From: Acidobacteriota bacterium
GTDB lineage: Bacteria > Acidobacteriota > Thermoanaerobaculia > Thermoanaerobaculales > Sulfomarinibacteraceae
Assembly (NCBI GenBank): GCA_013152925.1
Contig: JAADFK010000085.1
Span: forward strand, 1,448 to 65,447
DNA length: 64,000 nucleotides
Direction: 5' to 3'
Shown piece after piece: positions 41,094 through 52,400 of the stretch. A program made the position numbers and the translations under genes. The stretch's first letter is position 1; the number at the start of each line of letters is the position of its first letter. The notes under the pieces were generated by a model that had not been told where the DNA came from, did not search any database, and was given only the letters and a program-made list of their open reading frames with translations.

Positions 41094-43595
41094 TCACACA
41101 TCCGGCAGCATGCCTCCATGTCTCGTCCAGCGTCGCGCCAGGGCAACAAAGAGGCCTGAAAGCAGACCGAGGAAGAGCCCGAAGAGTAACGCTCCAACAG
41201 CAACGGCCAACAGAATCCGTTCCGTTTTCCTGGGAACGCTCTGGTAGACAGCCGTCCCCCTTGCGTTTCCTCGTTGCATGCCCCAGGCCACGCCATCCTC
41301 CTGAACCGGGACATTGAGGCCAATGGCCTCAATCGTTCCAGAGCCTTCAGGAACAATCACGTCCATTCTGCCGTCACCGTCGATGTCCGCCAGCAATGGC
41401 GTACCTTCGAGTTGAGGCAGGTGATCACCGGACATTGGCACCGTCAACTGGCATTTGGAACGGCCCCACCTGCCATCGATGATCTCCACTGCTCCGCCAG
41501 GCAAGATGTTGCCATTGCGATCCAAAGGTCCGAGGGAGGCCACGATCTCAGGAATACCATCCCCCGTCACGTCAGCCAGTGCCGGCGGGGAAAACATGAC
41601 GCGATCGCCGCACGAGAAGGACCAAAGGACATGATCGAGATTGGCGCCGTCCAGCGCATAAATGAAGTTCTTCGCACCGGGGAGGTTGCCGTAGTTGAAG
41701 ACACAGACATCCAGCGTTCCGTCGCCATTGAGATCAGCGAGCACCGGCGCCGTCACGAACGGACGGCGCGAAATCTGGTCGGGCACGATCATGGAGGCTT
41801 CCATCTTGTGCTCTCGAAGCTGGCTCCCGGACTGGCCGTCCAAAAGATATACGATGTAGTCCGGCGTCATGACCACCACATCTGGGATGCCATCTCCTGT
41901 GAGGTCGCCGACCGCCGGCGCGGAAAGTGCCGGAGCCGTCTGGGCCACTTCCGGCGGCGAGAACACCGGCGATGCCCAGATTTGCCGTCCGTCCCGACCA
42001 TCCAGGACCTTGACCTGCCCGTCGCCACGACAGGCGAACACGGCATCGAGTACGCCGTCCTTATTGAAATCCGCCAGGGCCGGGGGTGCCGTGGACGGCA
42101 CCGGAACCTTGCTTCTCCACAAAACACCACCAGTTTCGCCGCGGAGGGCCACGGCTTGGCTACCGTCAACGGTGACGATATCGTCCACACCATTACCGTC
42201 AATGTCACCCACGGCAGCTCCGCCGACGAACCCGGCACTTTCCGAGGGCACGTACCACTTGATCGTTCCCGTGTCACCTTCCACAAGAACGAGGAACGAG
42301 CTCGCCGGCACGATGACCTCGGGAGCTCCGGTGTGGTCCACGTTCGCCACCGTGATGGGACCCACCACCGGCCCAAGTGGCGCTGCGCGATCCGTTCCCG
42401 GCCGCTTCGGCACCTCCCGAAGTGGACGGTTCCAGATTTCTCCGCCCCGCAACCCGTCCATGGCCCACACGACACCATTTTGGAGGCCATATACCACGTC
42501 GAGGATGCCGTCGCCGTTGAGATCGGCGATAGCCGGCGTCGATGATGCCTCCCGGCCGTTGGGCTGACTGGCCGCCCAGAGCTTGTGGCTGAGGATGCGG
42601 TCGGGCATCCTATTCATCAGCCGGGAATACCCGAAGAGGCCAAGCCCCGCGATCATGACCAGCAGGGCCAGGATCAAGCCCGCCCTGGTCAACGACCGAT
42701 GCCGGACATACCACGGTGCTCGCCGCGTCTTGGAAGCCATCCGGAACCGCAGCGCCGTCGAGCCGATTTCAACGACATCGCCATTGTTCAGCACGACCTG
42801 GTCCGTGATCCGCCGCTTGTTGACGAGCGTGGCATTGGGAGAATAGTTGACCAGGTGATAGGCCTGCTCCCCCTCGTGGAAAACGATTTCGGCGTGTTTC
42901 CTGGAAACGTAGCGTGCACGAGTCCGGTCGGGCTCCACGAGGTGGATGTCGTTTTCGGGGCCCCTGCCAATGGAAGCCTTGTTGGCGACACTGAGATCGA
43001 ACACCTTGCCGTCGAATGCGATCGCCTTGGGTTCAACCCGCCGGTCGAAGGCGATGCGGAGCACGTCGTCCTTGCGGACCGGACTGGCCACGATGAGCTC
43101 GGACTTCACCCGGAGCGAGTCGGTGGGCATGTCCGTTTCCAAACCAAAGCCCTCGTCGTTGACGACCTTGGTGTGTTCGTCGAGCTGGTTCGCCCCAACA
43201 TGCCTCGTGTCCTCGTCTCGTAACGGCATCTCGAAGAAGGTCAGGCTGAACCCCTGCATCATCTCGGTGTTGGCCGGCACGACGACAGTCGCCCCCTCGC
43301 CAAGCCCGGAGCCAGTGCCCTCGTCGGTGGAGACGGTCACCCAGCCACTCCCGGACTGAATCTTGGTGCCGTTGGCCGAGGCACGGCCACCTGGCCATCC
43401 GTCGTAGATCACGTAGGTGCCCCCCCGACCCACCACGTGGCACTGGGTTCGCGACACCTCCTTGCCGGGAAGGGGCACGTCGGGCTGCTCCAATCCCGCC
43501 GAGTTGTGGGGCCTTCCAAACAACGTCACCCCCTCGGGTTGGAGGTCGAAGATCCCCTGTTCCACGTCACCACTTCGTACGACTACTTTCGCCAT
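41094..43595 (-). CDS. Dual-FHA / TM / seven FG-GAP-repeat (beta-propeller) / TM protein
   Basis: Start ATG 43595 follows GGAGGAGGA. FHA1: FGRPHN...VSRTQCHVV...SANGTKI. FHA2: IGRGPENDIHL...VSRKHAEIV...SPNATLVN. TM helix LILALLVMIAGLGLFGY. FG-GAP-type repeats: DLNGDGILDVV, GDIDGNGVDDIV, DFNKDGVLDAV, GDLTGDGIPDVV, DLNGDGTLDV, DVTGDGIPEIV, DIDGDGRMDVIV. C-terminal TM helix. Confidence 0.85.
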   Translation of the reverse strand: MAKVVVRSGDVEQGIFDLQPEGVTLFGRPHNSAGLEQPDVPLPGKEVSRTQCHVVGRGGTYVIYDGWPGGRASANGTKIQSGSGWVTVSTDEGTGSGLGEGATVVVPANTEMMQGFSLTFFEMPLRDEDTRHVGANQLDEHTKVVNDEGFGLETDMPTDSLRVKSELIVASPVRKDDVLRIAFDRRVEPKAIAFDGKVFDLSVANKASIGRGPENDIHLVEPDRTRARYVSRKHAEIVFHEGEQAYHLVNYSPNATLVNKRRITDQVVLNNGDVVEIGSTALRFRMASKTRRAPWYVRHRSLTRAGLILALLVMIAGLGLFGYSRLMNRMPDRILSHKLWAASQPNGREASSTPAIADLNGDGILDVVYGLQNGVVWAMDGLRGGEIWNRPLREVPKRPGTDRAAPLGPVVGPITVANVDHTGAPEVIVPASSFLVLVEGDTGTIKWYVPSESAGFVGGAAVGDIDGNGVDDIVTVDGSQAVALRGETGGVLWRSKVPVPSTAPPALADFNKDGVLDAVFACRGDGQVKVLDGRDGRQIWASPVFSPPEVAQTAPALSAPAVGDLTGDGIPDVVVMTPDYIVYLLDGQSGSQLREHKMEASMIVPDQISRRPFVTAPVLADLNGDGTLDVCVFNYGNLPGAKNFIYALDGANLDHVLWSFSCGDRVMFSPPALADVTGDGIPEIVASLGPLDRNGNILPGGAVEIIDGRWGRSKCQLTVPMSGDHLPQLEGTPLLADIDGDGRMDVIVPEGSGTIEAIGLNVPVQEDGVAWGMQRGNARGTAVYQSVPRKTERILLAVAVGALLFGLFLGLLSGLFVALARRWTRHGGMLPDV

Positions 43596-43611
43596 CTCTT
43601 CCTCCTCCGGA

Positions 43612-46356
43612 CTATCTTTGAGCCCCACTGGACTGGGTCACACCGAGTCGCAACATACCGATGCGGTTGGTGCCCCTCTGAATGGGAACTGCCACGTCGG
43701 CCATCTGTCGTCCCTTGAGGTCGTATCGCTGTACCAGCACCTTGCTGCTACTTGCCGCTTTCCTGCTGACGGGATCCTGGAACACCGGCACCCCCATCTT
43801 GGTGAGGTCAGAATTCAGGAAAAACTCGCTGGGCCGCCTTGGAACCTCGAGTGTGCCGTCACGGCTAAACAGCCCGGCGTACGCCAGAATGCCGTAACCC
43901 ATCCGGTACCGTAATCCCTGGATGATTTCGGCCAGGCCAGCCCTCCGCTGCCCAACGGAGAGATCCGTTCTCCCCGAGATCAACTCAACGAGAATGGCGG
44001 CAACTGTCCCCATTGCCTTGGCCCTCGCTATGGCCAGGCGATCCTTCAAGTTACCCCCGACACCACTCGAACGCGTCACCGCGGCCGAGTCGAAAATGAC
44101 GATGAGCTTGCCCCATGGCGTTGCTGCCGCACTTGCCACCAGACGGCCATCCGACGACACGGCGAGGCCTCGCGCCATTGCCTGGTCAACTAATTGCCGG
44201 GTCGTACCACCGATATCGGACCCCGGTGCACCAATGCCCGCACTTCGCACCAGAGGCGTCTTCGATACCGCCTGAAGAAGCCGCCGCAGAGCGGTCTCCC
44301 GGACCCGTTGCCGGTGGGTGGCATCGAGCCCCTGAATCTCGTTCCACAAAGCCTCGAGACTATCTTGTGTCAGGTAGACGACTTCCTGGTACCCAGCGAG
44401 GTTCTGGAGGCGAAGGACCATCGCCGCTCCGAGGCGGCGACCGTAGTGTTGACACCATTCAAGATAACGATGGATGTGCGGCGCTCCGCCATTCCTCCAT
44501 GCACCCGACATCCAGCCCTTGCCAAGGACATCGAGAACATGGGCCGTTCGGGAAGCCAAGATGAATGCATCGAGTGACGGTACCGCCGGGTTGTTCTTGA
44601 AATAGGCTCCAAGAGCTGCCCAGACCTCACGCCACACTTCAGGGTCGTTTCCAGCGCGGTCGGCGGCAAGAGCGGCCAGCTCCAGCAGCTCCTTTTCCGG
44701 GAGCCTGTCGAGGCCCACCTGCTGCCGCAGCCGCCGGAACCAGGTGAGCTTCTGGGAGCTTCCCGCCGGAGCCGAACGGACACCCTCCCGCAAGAGCTCC
44801 TCGAGCTCCCGCTCTGCCCCCGCTCCCAGAACCGGAACCGTAGTGCGGAGTAGGGACCAAGCTCTTTCAACGTCTCCTTTTCGTATCAGCGCCCGAGCCC
44901 GCAACTGGTCCACCTGCGCCTTACGGTATCGACCCGACCGACAGCCCGCGATTTCGGCTGCCTGCTGGTACGCCGATGCGGCCACTGAGGGGTTGCCCGC
45001 CTCCACCGCACGGTCCCCCTTGAGGAGGGCCTCAGCACATTCCTGCATCGTGGCGACGGCCTCGAGATTCACCCGCTGAGCCAGAAGCCTCCGACCAGAC
45101 GTCGAAAGGTTCGCCACCGCTGCTGACGTTGCGAGAAGAGACTCCATGGCGTGATCCTGAACGGCCACGTTTCGTCCTTCCATCGCCGTCTGAAACGCCT
45201 TCATGTCATCCTGAAGCCTTTTGGCCAACCCCTCCACGTTCTCGGAGCAATTGGCCCGGAATTGATCCTCCAGATCAGCAGCCGGGGAACCCAGCTTCTT
45301 GAGATCATTTAGAACCGATTGAAATGCTCTCTGATCACACGAACCGATGGCCGCATCGGCGAGTTGCCGCAAACGCGCACCCTCCGCGCGACCGATCGCC
45401 CCGAGAGCGGTCGCCTTGAGGTCGGTTTCCTGTTCAAACGGTACCTGGATCTCGTCAAAAGCGCTCAGCACCTGCCGACGTCGTTGCTCGAGCTCCTCCC
45501 GTCCGAGCGTTTTCAGTCTGCCGTTATCGGCCTCTCCAACGATGGAGCTGCACGTCGCGAAGAACTTGCGATGTTTATCGAGGTTCTCGAAACGAAGGTG
45601 AAGCTTGCGGTACCGCTGTTCGACATCCTCGCGGCTGCCCAGAGCCAGGATCCAGGTTCCTGCGCACTCGAGACTTTTCCGGAACGATTCACGCTCATCA
45701 AGAGGGGGCTCACTGGTCGATTCGATGAGTTTGTTCAGCCCCCGTTCGAGGTCCGCAAGCCGTCTGTCGGCCTGCATCATCAACCGCCTCAGGCCTCCCT
45801 GGTCCCCGTTGGCGATAACATGCCGGACATCCTTCAATGTGGCCGGTTCCGTGCTACACGGCCGCGCGGGTTCCTGCTGCGCGTCAGCCAACCTCTCGTT
45901 CAGCATCGTCAACCGGTCGAGACATTGGCCAAGCTCCGTGGGGTAGGCCGGCTTCTCGTGCTTCCCCAACCGATCGAGCTCGACACGTTTCTGGGCCGAC
46001 TTATCAAGGCAATAGCCAAGCACGGTGTCCGTGGCCGCCCGGAGCCGCTGTTCCAGGACAGTCAGTTTCCGATCGGTCACCTCCGCGCACGCTTCTGGCT
46101 GAGACAGGCGTTCCACCTCGGACTGGATGTCGCGAACCTCCCGCCCGATCACGTCGCTATCACTGTCGTGATACAGCTCAAAATCAGTCCTGGCTCGTTC
46201 GAGCGGCTTGATCGCTTTTCTCAGATTCGTCAAGCGGTTCGCCAGTCCTGGCGGCACGTCGCAGGTGCTCGAGGCGCATCCCCACAGGAGCGCCATCAAA
46301 CCACCCAGCAGGCCAACAGCGACGGCCCGAACCGGCAACGAGCTGCAACTCACCAT
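43612..46356 (-). CDS. Large lipoprotein, mostly alpha-helical/coiled-coil with a beta-containing C-terminal (GAF/Cache-like?) domain
   Basis: 914 aa with lipobox GLMALLWGC. Long helical, Cys-punctuated region. C-terminal ~200 aa (...VLVQRYDLKGRQMADVAVPIQRGTNRIGMLRLGV) resembles the end of a small-molecule-binding fold. The domain call is weak. Confidence 0.65.
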   Translation of the reverse strand: MVSCSSLPVRAVAVGLLGGLMALLWGCASSTCDVPPGLANRLTNLRKAIKPLERARTDFELYHDSDSDVIGREVRDIQSEVERLSQPEACAEVTDRKLTVLEQRLRAATDTVLGYCLDKSAQKRVELDRLGKHEKPAYPTELGQCLDRLTMLNERLADAQQEPARPCSTEPATLKDVRHVIANGDQGGLRRLMMQADRRLADLERGLNKLIESTSEPPLDERESFRKSLECAGTWILALGSREDVEQRYRKLHLRFENLDKHRKFFATCSSIVGEADNGRLKTLGREELEQRRRQVLSAFDEIQVPFEQETDLKATALGAIGRAEGARLRQLADAAIGSCDQRAFQSVLNDLKKLGSPAADLEDQFRANCSENVEGLAKRLQDDMKAFQTAMEGRNVAVQDHAMESLLATSAAVANLSTSGRRLLAQRVNLEAVATMQECAEALLKGDRAVEAGNPSVAASAYQQAAEIAGCRSGRYRKAQVDQLRARALIRKGDVERAWSLLRTTVPVLGAGAERELEELLREGVRSAPAGSSQKLTWFRRLRQQVGLDRLPEKELLELAALAADRAGNDPEVWREVWAALGAYFKNNPAVPSLDAFILASRTAHVLDVLGKGWMSGAWRNGGAPHIHRYLEWCQHYGRRLGAAMVLRLQNLAGYQEVVYLTQDSLEALWNEIQGLDATHRQRVRETALRRLLQAVSKTPLVRSAGIGAPGSDIGGTTRQLVDQAMARGLAVSSDGRLVASAAATPWGKLIVIFDSAAVTRSSGVGGNLKDRLAIARAKAMGTVAAILVELISGRTDLSVGQRRAGLAEIIQGLRYRMGYGILAYAGLFSRDGTLEVPRRPSEFFLNSDLTKMGVPVFQDPVSRKAASSSKVLVQRYDLKGRQMADVAVPIQRGTNRIGMLRLGVTQSSGAQR

Positions 46357-46383
46357 GGTATACCCCCCGCGAAAGGTAATCGT

Positions 46384-46415
46384 GGGGCGGGTCCTCCAGG
46401 GGGAGAACCCGCCCC
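46384..46415 (-). terminator. Intercistronic GC hairpin after the giant gene (attenuator or RNA-stability element?)
   Basis: GGGGCGGGT-N14-ACCCGCCCC (9-bp stem) lies in the 72-nt gap between the giant gene stop (46429) and the next start (46356). No clear U-tract. Confidence 0.35.
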
Positions 46416-46428
46416 GTCATCGGTCGTT

Positions 46429-49400
46429 TTATGGAGCGATCGTACCGGTCTGAGCCGGGCTGAAACCCACAGCACCCTGACCGTCGCCGGATGCGGCGAC
46501 AACCGAAATATTGTGTCCGGAGTTGGTCAACGTATGGAAACCTGCACCAAGAATCAATGTCCAGCTGTTCGTTCCCGTGGCGGGATTGTTTGACGGAATC
46601 CCAGCCCAAGTTCCGGAAATCTGGTCCCAGAACAGACCGGCGTCCGTGTCTTCGATCGTCAGTGTGACACCACTGATCGTGTCATCGTCGACCACCGTGC
46701 CCGCGATGGTCGTACCATCGTTGAGAACAAAGGGAGAGGGCCCGTCGATCGTTACCACGGGCGCCGGATTGTTTACGGTCCAGGTGAAAGATGTGGAGAC
46801 GGTGCCACCGTTCCCGTCGTTCGCCGTGACCGTGACCGTGTAGGGACTCGATGCGGAAGCGTCGGCTGCAATCGTTCCCCCAATCACCCCCGTTATACCG
46901 CCGATCGTCAGGCCTCCCGGAAGACCACTCGCCGAATAGCTCAGCGCATCACCATCCGGATCGGTGAAGCTCGTGGAAACGTTGAGGCTCATGGCATCAC
47001 CGTCGTTGTTGGTCTGATCCGAGATGCCCGTGGTCGTCGGTGGATCGTTGACTGCATTGACGGTTATTGTCACCGTCACCGTCGCCGAGTCCGCATGCCC
47101 GTCGTTGGCGTGATAGGTGAAGGAATCCGTCCCGTTGTAGTTCGCCGCCGGCGTGTAGCTGAAGCTGCCGTCACTGTTCAGGGTCAACGTTCCGTGCGAG
47201 ACAGTCGCGTCCAACACTGCTGTCAGCGCGTCACCGTCCACGTCCGTGTCGTTGGTCAACACGCCAGGAGCCGCAACGGTCAACTGGGTGTCTTCGTTCG
47301 TCGAATAGCTGTCCGCCGCCGCCACCGGTGGGTCGTTAACCGCATTGACGGTTATCGTCACCGTCACCGTCGCCGAGTCCGCATGTCCATCGTTGGCGTG
47401 ATAGGTGAAAGAATCTGTCCCGTTGTAGTTCGCCGCCGGCGTGAAGGTGAAGCTGCCGTCGCTGTTCAGGGTCAGCGTCCCGTGCGAGACAGTCGTGTCC
47501 AGCACCGCCGTCAGCGTGACGCCATCCACGTCGGTGTCATTTTGAAGCACCCCGGGTGCCACTACCGTCAGCTGCGTGTCTTCGTTCGTCGAGTAACTGT
47601 CCGGCGCCACCTGGGGCGGGATGTTGGCAATGTTCCCGCTGCTCGTCGCGGACGTGGTGGCGCCGAGGTCATCCGTAGTCTCAACCTTCAGAGTTACGTT
47701 TGAACCACCAAGGTGATCGTGGAAGCCACTCGGCAGCGTGTAGCTCCAGGTGCCAGCAGTCCAGTCGACCACGGTGATCGGAACCCAGGTTGCCGAGGAC
47801 TGCCAGGCAGAACCGTTCCAGTATTTCCCAGAATCCGCGGCCTCGATCTGGATCTGCAAACTGTAGTCGCTGGCATCGCCGCAGGAGTTGTACTCGCTAT
47901 CGCTCATGGTGCCGGTCACGGCCTGGTCGTCGTCCATGTCAGGGTAGGAGGCGTTGTCGAACGCCACAGCGGGATCGTCGTTGGCCAGCGTCGCCGTCAG
48001 GGTGGGCGTGTTGCAGGAATGGATCTCTCCCTGGCACGCCGTGCAGGTTCCCTCGGCGTTGTCCACCGCGAGCACCGAGATGCGTACGTCGTGGTTCACG
48101 TGGCCCGCCAGGAGCTCGTGCGGGATCGGCCAGCTCCAGGTGTGAGCCGCATCGTCATGGCTCACCGTGAACCACGTCTCAGTCGTCACCCATTGGTTGC
48201 TCGCTCCGTCGAAATACTCATTCCCCGATTGAATGAGTAGCCGCACCTCGGCCACCTGGCCGTCGTCATCGCTGAAGGTGCCGTGAATACCACCGGTCTC
48301 GCACTCGTGGAGGGCGGCGTCCCCATTGCCGAGGACGAAGGTCTCGATGGTCGGCAGCCCCTCGGTCACCACCGTGGCCGGATCGCTGACGGTATTGGGG
48401 TCTTCGCCCGGTTTGGGCGCCACGTTCTCCTGTGGATTGTGGGCATAGACGAGGATCTGGTGGTCAGACGTCACGGGCATGACCGGATTCCCGTTGGCAT
48501 CGTTCACTGGCAGGGCGAGGGCGTTGGCCCAATCTCCGGATGCCACACCCCAACCACTGGCGATGCGGTAGACGGGCCCAGTTGTCTGGTCCCTCCAGAT
48601 TCGGTTGCCGCTGCTGTCCACCGCGAGCCAGTAGTCGCCTGCCGATATGGCTCCATTGCCATCGGCATCCAGCAGGAAAGCGTATTGCAGCGTACTCCGT
48701 GCCACGGCTGGATCCGCCGAGTTTCTTTGCAGGAAGACATTCAATCCGGTGGCGCCGCAACCGACATTGCCGCTGTTGGGATTGTCCGCTTCACCCTGCT
48801 GGAAGCCGTCTGGAGAAAGGGGCCGGACAAAGACCGCCCAATCTGGCCTCAGGACGGCCGAGCTGTCATGCGCCGCTTGGTCCAGCAAACGACCGCCGAG
48901 GGCGGCGAGCTCCTGATCTCCTCCCAAAGTGACGGAACTGACCGTCACCGGCTGGAGCAGCACATCCGGCGAGCCCGATAGGGCCGCGCTGGGAGCAGCC
49001 GTCGGATTGCCCGAGGCACCGCCGCCCTGGAGTTGGTACCAACTTTCACCGCTGGCAGGGTTGTACTCCCGTGCCGTGGACCAGATATCGAACCCCTCTC
49101 CCGCCACGGGAAGATCTCCCCCGATTCCGGCGCCTTCACGGCTGACGAAGCCACCGGTGATCTCCGGAACGAGGTAGTCAACCGGGATCGGATTGCTGGC
49201 ATTGGAAGATTCGCTCGTGTTTCCACCACCGTCGGTCGCCCGAACGGTCCAGACCACCAAGAACCCTTCGGCGTTGGAGCGATTTGCCATGTCGAGGGTA
49301 AGGTCGCCCCAATTGTTGTTACCGTTCCAGGTGTTCTCTTCCTTGGCAGGATCGAGCTGAGGCTGACCCGTCGCCGAGAACCACGCCTGAGAGGAGATCC

Positions 49401-52400
49401 ACTGCTGGGAAGTGGGATTCCAATATCTGCCATCGTCCACACGTTGAATCATGACGTCGAAAGCATCCACGTGGCCGATACATTCGTGTGCGTCGAAATC
49501 GAGTTGATGCGTGGCATCCGTCAGAAAACCATTTGTCAACAACCACTGGAATACCCCTATGTTGGCCGGGCTTTCATCCTGCCACGCGGCCTGACTGCTC
49601 GGAGCCGTTCCCACGGTTTGTACCGGGTCCTCCGACGTGCCACTGTTGGGGCTGACCGTTGCCGTATGAGTTACGGTTATCGGAACGTCATCGTTGACCG
49701 GCGGAACGATCACTTGGAAGACCGCCATACCATCGCTGTCGGTGATAACAGGCATGCTCGTAAGGATGGTCTCCTTCGCGTAGTCTTGTGGGTCGTTTGG
49801 ATCGAGGAACTTGTTGAGCTCGACGCGGGCGTTGACCACCGGCTGGTTGTTCTCGCCCATGAGCGTGACAGTCACCTGGACGGTTTCTCCGGTATCCACG
49901 ATGCCGTCGCCATTGCAATCGCTGCCGTCCGTCGTACCGGCGACCGGGCTCGAATTGCCCATGACAACTGTTGACGCAGCCTCGTCGAGGCGCCACGATG
50001 TCTCATCGTTCACCGTGGTTTCCGAACGGTCACCCACTGTGTTCTGGTCGCTCTGGTTGTACAGGACCGCGCTCCACTTGCTCAGGCCAATTGTCTTGGT
50101 ATGGACGGTGAAGGTTGCCTCACCATTCTCATTCGTGCTGGCCTGGATGGGTGTGCTGTCCGAAGGCGTGTCTTCGAGCCGGTCGGAGGACAGCTCCACC
50201 GTAAAGCCAGGCCAAACGGGGGAGTCATCCGCTTCCTTCAACGTCACCGTCATGGTTTCGTTGCGGCCAACGACGCTATCTTCCGCGACCGCCGACTCGA
50301 TCTTCCGCACCTGCCATTCACATTGAACCGACGTGTCCAGATCAATGCTGGACAATACGCCCCCATCCGCATTGACCGTTGACCTCTTTGCATACTCGAC
50401 GCTGTAGGAGGAAATACCAGGAGCATGGGAGGTTACTTCGAAGGAAGCTCTTCCGTCGGCATCCGTCACCTGCCACTGCGGGTAGTCCAAACCGTCACCC
50501 GCACCCTCGAAACGGAAATAATACGGCCTCGAGCTCTTCACGGTAACCGAATACCCCGGCAGGGGCCGGCCGTTGCTATCCCTTAACGTGATATCCACCC
50601 TCTCCCAAGCACCCACTTCCGAAGATTCTTCTGCAACTGAAATCGCGGAGTGCTGGGAGTCCGGAAGTGCCGTCCCGTAGCCCTCGGGCTGTACCACAGG
50701 GATGAAGAGCGAGTCATTTGTCACGTTGTCGGTCCTGGTCACATATGCCGTCAACTCACCATCCTGAGCCGCCACTTCAAGCAGGCAGCCCTGCAGAAGG
50801 CTCATGCCGTTGCTATCCACCTGCTCATTGAGAGGCACCAACGGGGTTGAGAAGAAGGAAGACAAGCAGGGAGCCGTGTCCTCCTCGCAGTTCAAGCGTC
50901 CCAGCTCATTCTGGCGCAGGGCATGGGGCGCCAGATCGACCGTTACCGCCATCGATATCACCTGGCTACCATCAGCACCTTTGAGCTGGAGAGCCGCACC
51001 CTCATGATCCATGAGCCGGAGCACAGCCGTGGCCTTCTTGTCGCCGACGTTTGCCAGTCCGAAGCTCTCTCGAATGGCGTTCGACCTGAGGTCCAACGCG
51101 AAGATCACGCCGGCATCACTACCGGCGGTCAGAACCTGGGGCGTGGCGGCATACCCGGGCACCCTCTGTCCATATGTGCATGGGACCGTTCCATCCTCAC
51201 CCTCGCAGGTGGCCAGCGTGTAAGTTCGGGAGGTCACCAACACATCGTCCTTCCCCGGACCATCGATTTCCACGAGCAGAAGCCCCTTACCGGCGCTGAA
51301 ATTCGGATCAAGGTAACGGCAGACGTCGTGAATGGAAAGGGTTTGCCCGGCCAGCAAGGACACTGGGGCCATGGGCGGGTTGGGAATCTCATGCTCCCCA
51401 TCAGTGGGGAAGAAACGGAAGCCGTACGTTACGTCCTTGTTTCCTGTATTGGCAAGCGTGAGATCAGTCACCCAGAAACTGTTGTTCTTCCCAGGAAGCC
51501 GGGCAATCACGGGTACGATGACCCTGTCCCCTCCCGAGCCCAGAAGCCCGGTTGTGCGTCCCGGAAGCGAAATGGGGTCGTCGGAGTCGTTATCGACCTG
51601 GCTGACCATCACGGAGTATTTGACGCCATCGGGCCCCACGGGCTCCACATTGAGGCGTGCTGGATGCACCGAGTTTCCGAGGCTGACGTAGAGCGGCGTT
51701 CGAGGGGGTACTGTGACCTCCTGATTCCAGATCTCGTCGCCTGTGTCGTTCAACGCTACAATCTTGAAGGATGCTTCCTGGTCCCCGAAAACCGTCAAAT
51801 GAAGGTTGACCCGGGTCGAGATTGCGTGATCACCGTCGTTTCCTGGAATCACCAGAGCCACACGCAAAGGCGTTGGAATGACAGCAACCCAATTCAGAGG
51901 TTGCGCGACGACGAACTGGCCCCGGCTGGCCACGATAGGGTTGTCCGAATTTGGGTCAGAAACCTCGGCAACCGAATACACTTCCCCAGCCATCATCGGG
52001 AACTTGGCGGGCCAGGGATCTTGCACGGTCGTACCAGTTGTCGTCACGGGTTTGACGTAGATCCAACCTTTCGAGGCGGTCACGATCCCGAAGAGCTGGT
52101 CCAGGATGTCGTCATACTGGCGCAGAGAGTTTGGACGGCCTTTGGCCTCGAGGCGAAGACGACGAACGATCGCTGTTTCGTGATCTTGCTCCGGATGGAG
52201 AAAAACATTTGAAGCCTGATTGTTTGGGTTCCCAGGCACGCCGGCCTTGGTGATGACGTAACCCACCTCGTACGTCCGGGCCTTGTTCTCCTGGTTGAAG
52301 AACCACGCCGCAGTTTTCCACACCACGCCACCAACACCGGGCTGTGCCGCGACCACCGGCAATACTGTCATCGGCTCGGAACCGTCTACCGAAGGTGGAG

